A DNA stretch of 64,000 bases from Marsupella aquatica (Eukaryota; Plantae; Marchantiophyta). The translations under genes and the position numbers were made by a program. The notes under the pieces were generated by a model. The model ran no database searches and was not told the origin of the DNA. It was given only the letters and a program-made list of their open reading frames with translations. The DNA is taken from assembly GCA_973895155.1 (NCBI GenBank), contig OZ316894.1:6182368-6246367 (forward strand). The letters run 5' to 3'. Below, piece after piece: positions 61,966 to 64,000 of the stretch (the first letter of the stretch is position 1; every line of letters begins with the position of its first letter).

Positions 61966-63322
61966 TGTCACGTCATCGGCTACGGCCTTAACTCAGACTT
62001 CAGCTTAGACGGGCACATCCCTCGTAAATCTAAGGGTTCGGGCAGGAAGGGAAGCACGTAATGCACCTTATTCTCGTAAACTAGCGCTAAGTGCGCATAC
62101 TCCTAAATACAGACACCTCCTAGGTATGGTTTGTGTTCCGCTGCCAGAACGTACCTTAGTCGATAGCAGGATCGACCCCGGCTTAAGGACTTCTAAGCCT
62201 TCGTGCTGTCCGCCTTCGATCCGGATTCGATGATACAGGTCCTCAACCCGTGCTCGCAACCACTTACCCGCAGGCTGCACCCTGTGCACGTCTCGGGTAG
62301 TGCGTTTGGCCTGGCGCTGCCACCCATATACGAGAAACCCACACACATACACGCGCACATGCATACAATCTCGATTTACACGAAGGAAAATGATGGGAAA
62401 GGATTTTACTACAAAGGGAACATATGCGTACACTTAGTTGACCCGACAGCCCCGGAATGAACAGGTTCAAGGCCGAGGGTGCACACTACAACGGAGCCCG
62501 GCTCCGCACTCGCCCGGCAAGCTTAGTCCTACCTCCTCCCCTTGGTACTCTTTCATTCCCAGAGGTCGGGACTCCCCGCACATACCGCGGACGCCCAACT
62601 TTGCAACTAAAAACCCCCCCCTCTCTCTACCGAGGGGTGCACTAAATACTAAGGGCCGAGGGATGGGGTGTCCTCTCGCCGAAGATTCACTGACTACGGT
62701 CCTAACTAAGCTGACAGTCAGGCCGGAAACGGCTGTGTCTTATTAGAAGATCCTAATCTATGCAGGCTGGACAACACGGCAGCGATGTTGTACCTAAGGC
62801 AGGTGCCTGTCCCAAGAGCCTGACTAAGCTAGTCCTAATCCTACTCTATTCCTACTCCGCCGCTAATGCCTGGCACGCTTGCCAGAGCCACCTGAATGGG
62901 AGCGGCCATCCCGCTACCTTCGAAGCCTGTCATTGTCCGCCTTGAGGAGCTGGACCTGGTCTAGCAGAGATTCGTTCTCTCGCCTCGTCGCGTCCGTCTC
63001 CTCTACTGCCTCCTGACAAGCCTCCTCCAGCTGCTGGGCGTCACTTGTCAGTTTACCCGCCAGCCGGTCCTGCTTCTCGGCCTCAGTTTGGAGCCGCGCC
63101 ACCTCAGCCTGCAGCGTGGCTATCTCCGCAGTGTCCCGCTGGGCCCGTTCCTCGGCCTCCTCCAGGTCTTTCTGCCAGGTGACAGTTTGATTCTTCAAAC
63201 TGTCAATCTGGTTCCGGAGTCGTGTAATCTTGGCTTCATTCCCAGCTTTGGCCTGTTCGGCTAGGACGGTGTCTGGGGGAAAAATGTGGTTCTTGAGGAA
63301 GCACCGGGCCTATGGCTGCTAG
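61966..63322. mobile_element. Probable LTR retrotransposon insertion (LTR-like segment, then a minus-strand coiled-coil ORF fragment)
   Basis: Abrupt TGTCAC junction and GC increase. Possible TGACA counterpart at 62712-62716. Heptad-rich ORF at 62914-63198. PBS and PPT not identified. Confidence 0.5.
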
Positions 63323-64000
63323 TGTCAAGAGAGAACTTAAGTTAAGATCATGATTACTATTCTAGACTGGGTAGCAGACACCACAAGGAACGATTCCGTG
63401 GATGAAAGCACAACATCATAACCCTTTTCTCCATACCTACGGACTATTGCCTCCTTGGCAGCTACCTTGGGTCGAGTTACAAAACGAATATCTCCCAACG
63501 AGAAAGAAACGGGAGGCTCATCGGAGGGAGGTTTGTTGAGATCCATCTCAATACAAGATAAAAATTGTGCAAGCCCAATCCTGCCCGTAAACTACATAAG
63601 GGTATACAATTGGCTCTATTGAATTTAATACCGCAGTTGCAAATGCTTCTCCAAAGTGAAAAGTCATATGCTGGTGCATTATCTCTTTTTGGAGTACATG
63701 AATTCTAATAAGGAAAGGATTAGGGAGAGGAAGAATAGGTACTGGTCTGGGCATTATCGTACTATCAAATATTTCATCCAACTAATTTTCATTCTAATGA
63801 CAAGAGATAGAATCATTCAACAAAAAGATCATCCATTTCAAACAAATATCATGCATTGAGTTAACTCTAAGTATATACATACAGATGTTTATCTTAATAG
63901 GTTGATCTTCTTTTGAATGAAAATACTATCTGAAGGTCCAACTCATACAAAATACCTCTGGCCGAGCCGAAGCTCTAAGCAAGAGTGCATGAGTGGGTCT
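63323..64000. mobile_element. Possible second nested insertion starting TGTCAAG
   Basis: TG junction with a shift from GC-rich to AT-rich sequence. The other end lies outside the window. Confidence 0.35.

Overview
Eukaryotic, intron-rich plant nuclear DNA. The gene style and transposon content suggest a non-seed plant, possibly a liverwort, but this is inference. Four host genes can be spliced by hand with GT-AG junctions: HDR/IspH (minus, runs off the left edge), a STE20/MAP4K kinase (minus, 19 exons), PGRL1 (plus, 11 exons) and a PI-specific phospholipase C (plus, 8 exons). Intergenic DNA holds a decayed Copia element, two non-autonomous Helitron-like copies, foldback/MULE-like MITEs, a tRNA-derived SINE-like head and several tandem arrays. 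The most unusual part is about 52.9-62 kb: a multi-gene DNA transposon with a disrupted Sola1/DUF7869-like transposase, a divergent spliced accessory gene, a small orphan ORF, a 169-bp tandem array and about 16 copies of a CpG-containing 19-bp palindrome, almost all non-coding. Its right side is interrupted by probable nested LTR insertions. All assignments come from reading motifs by eye; no database search was run.
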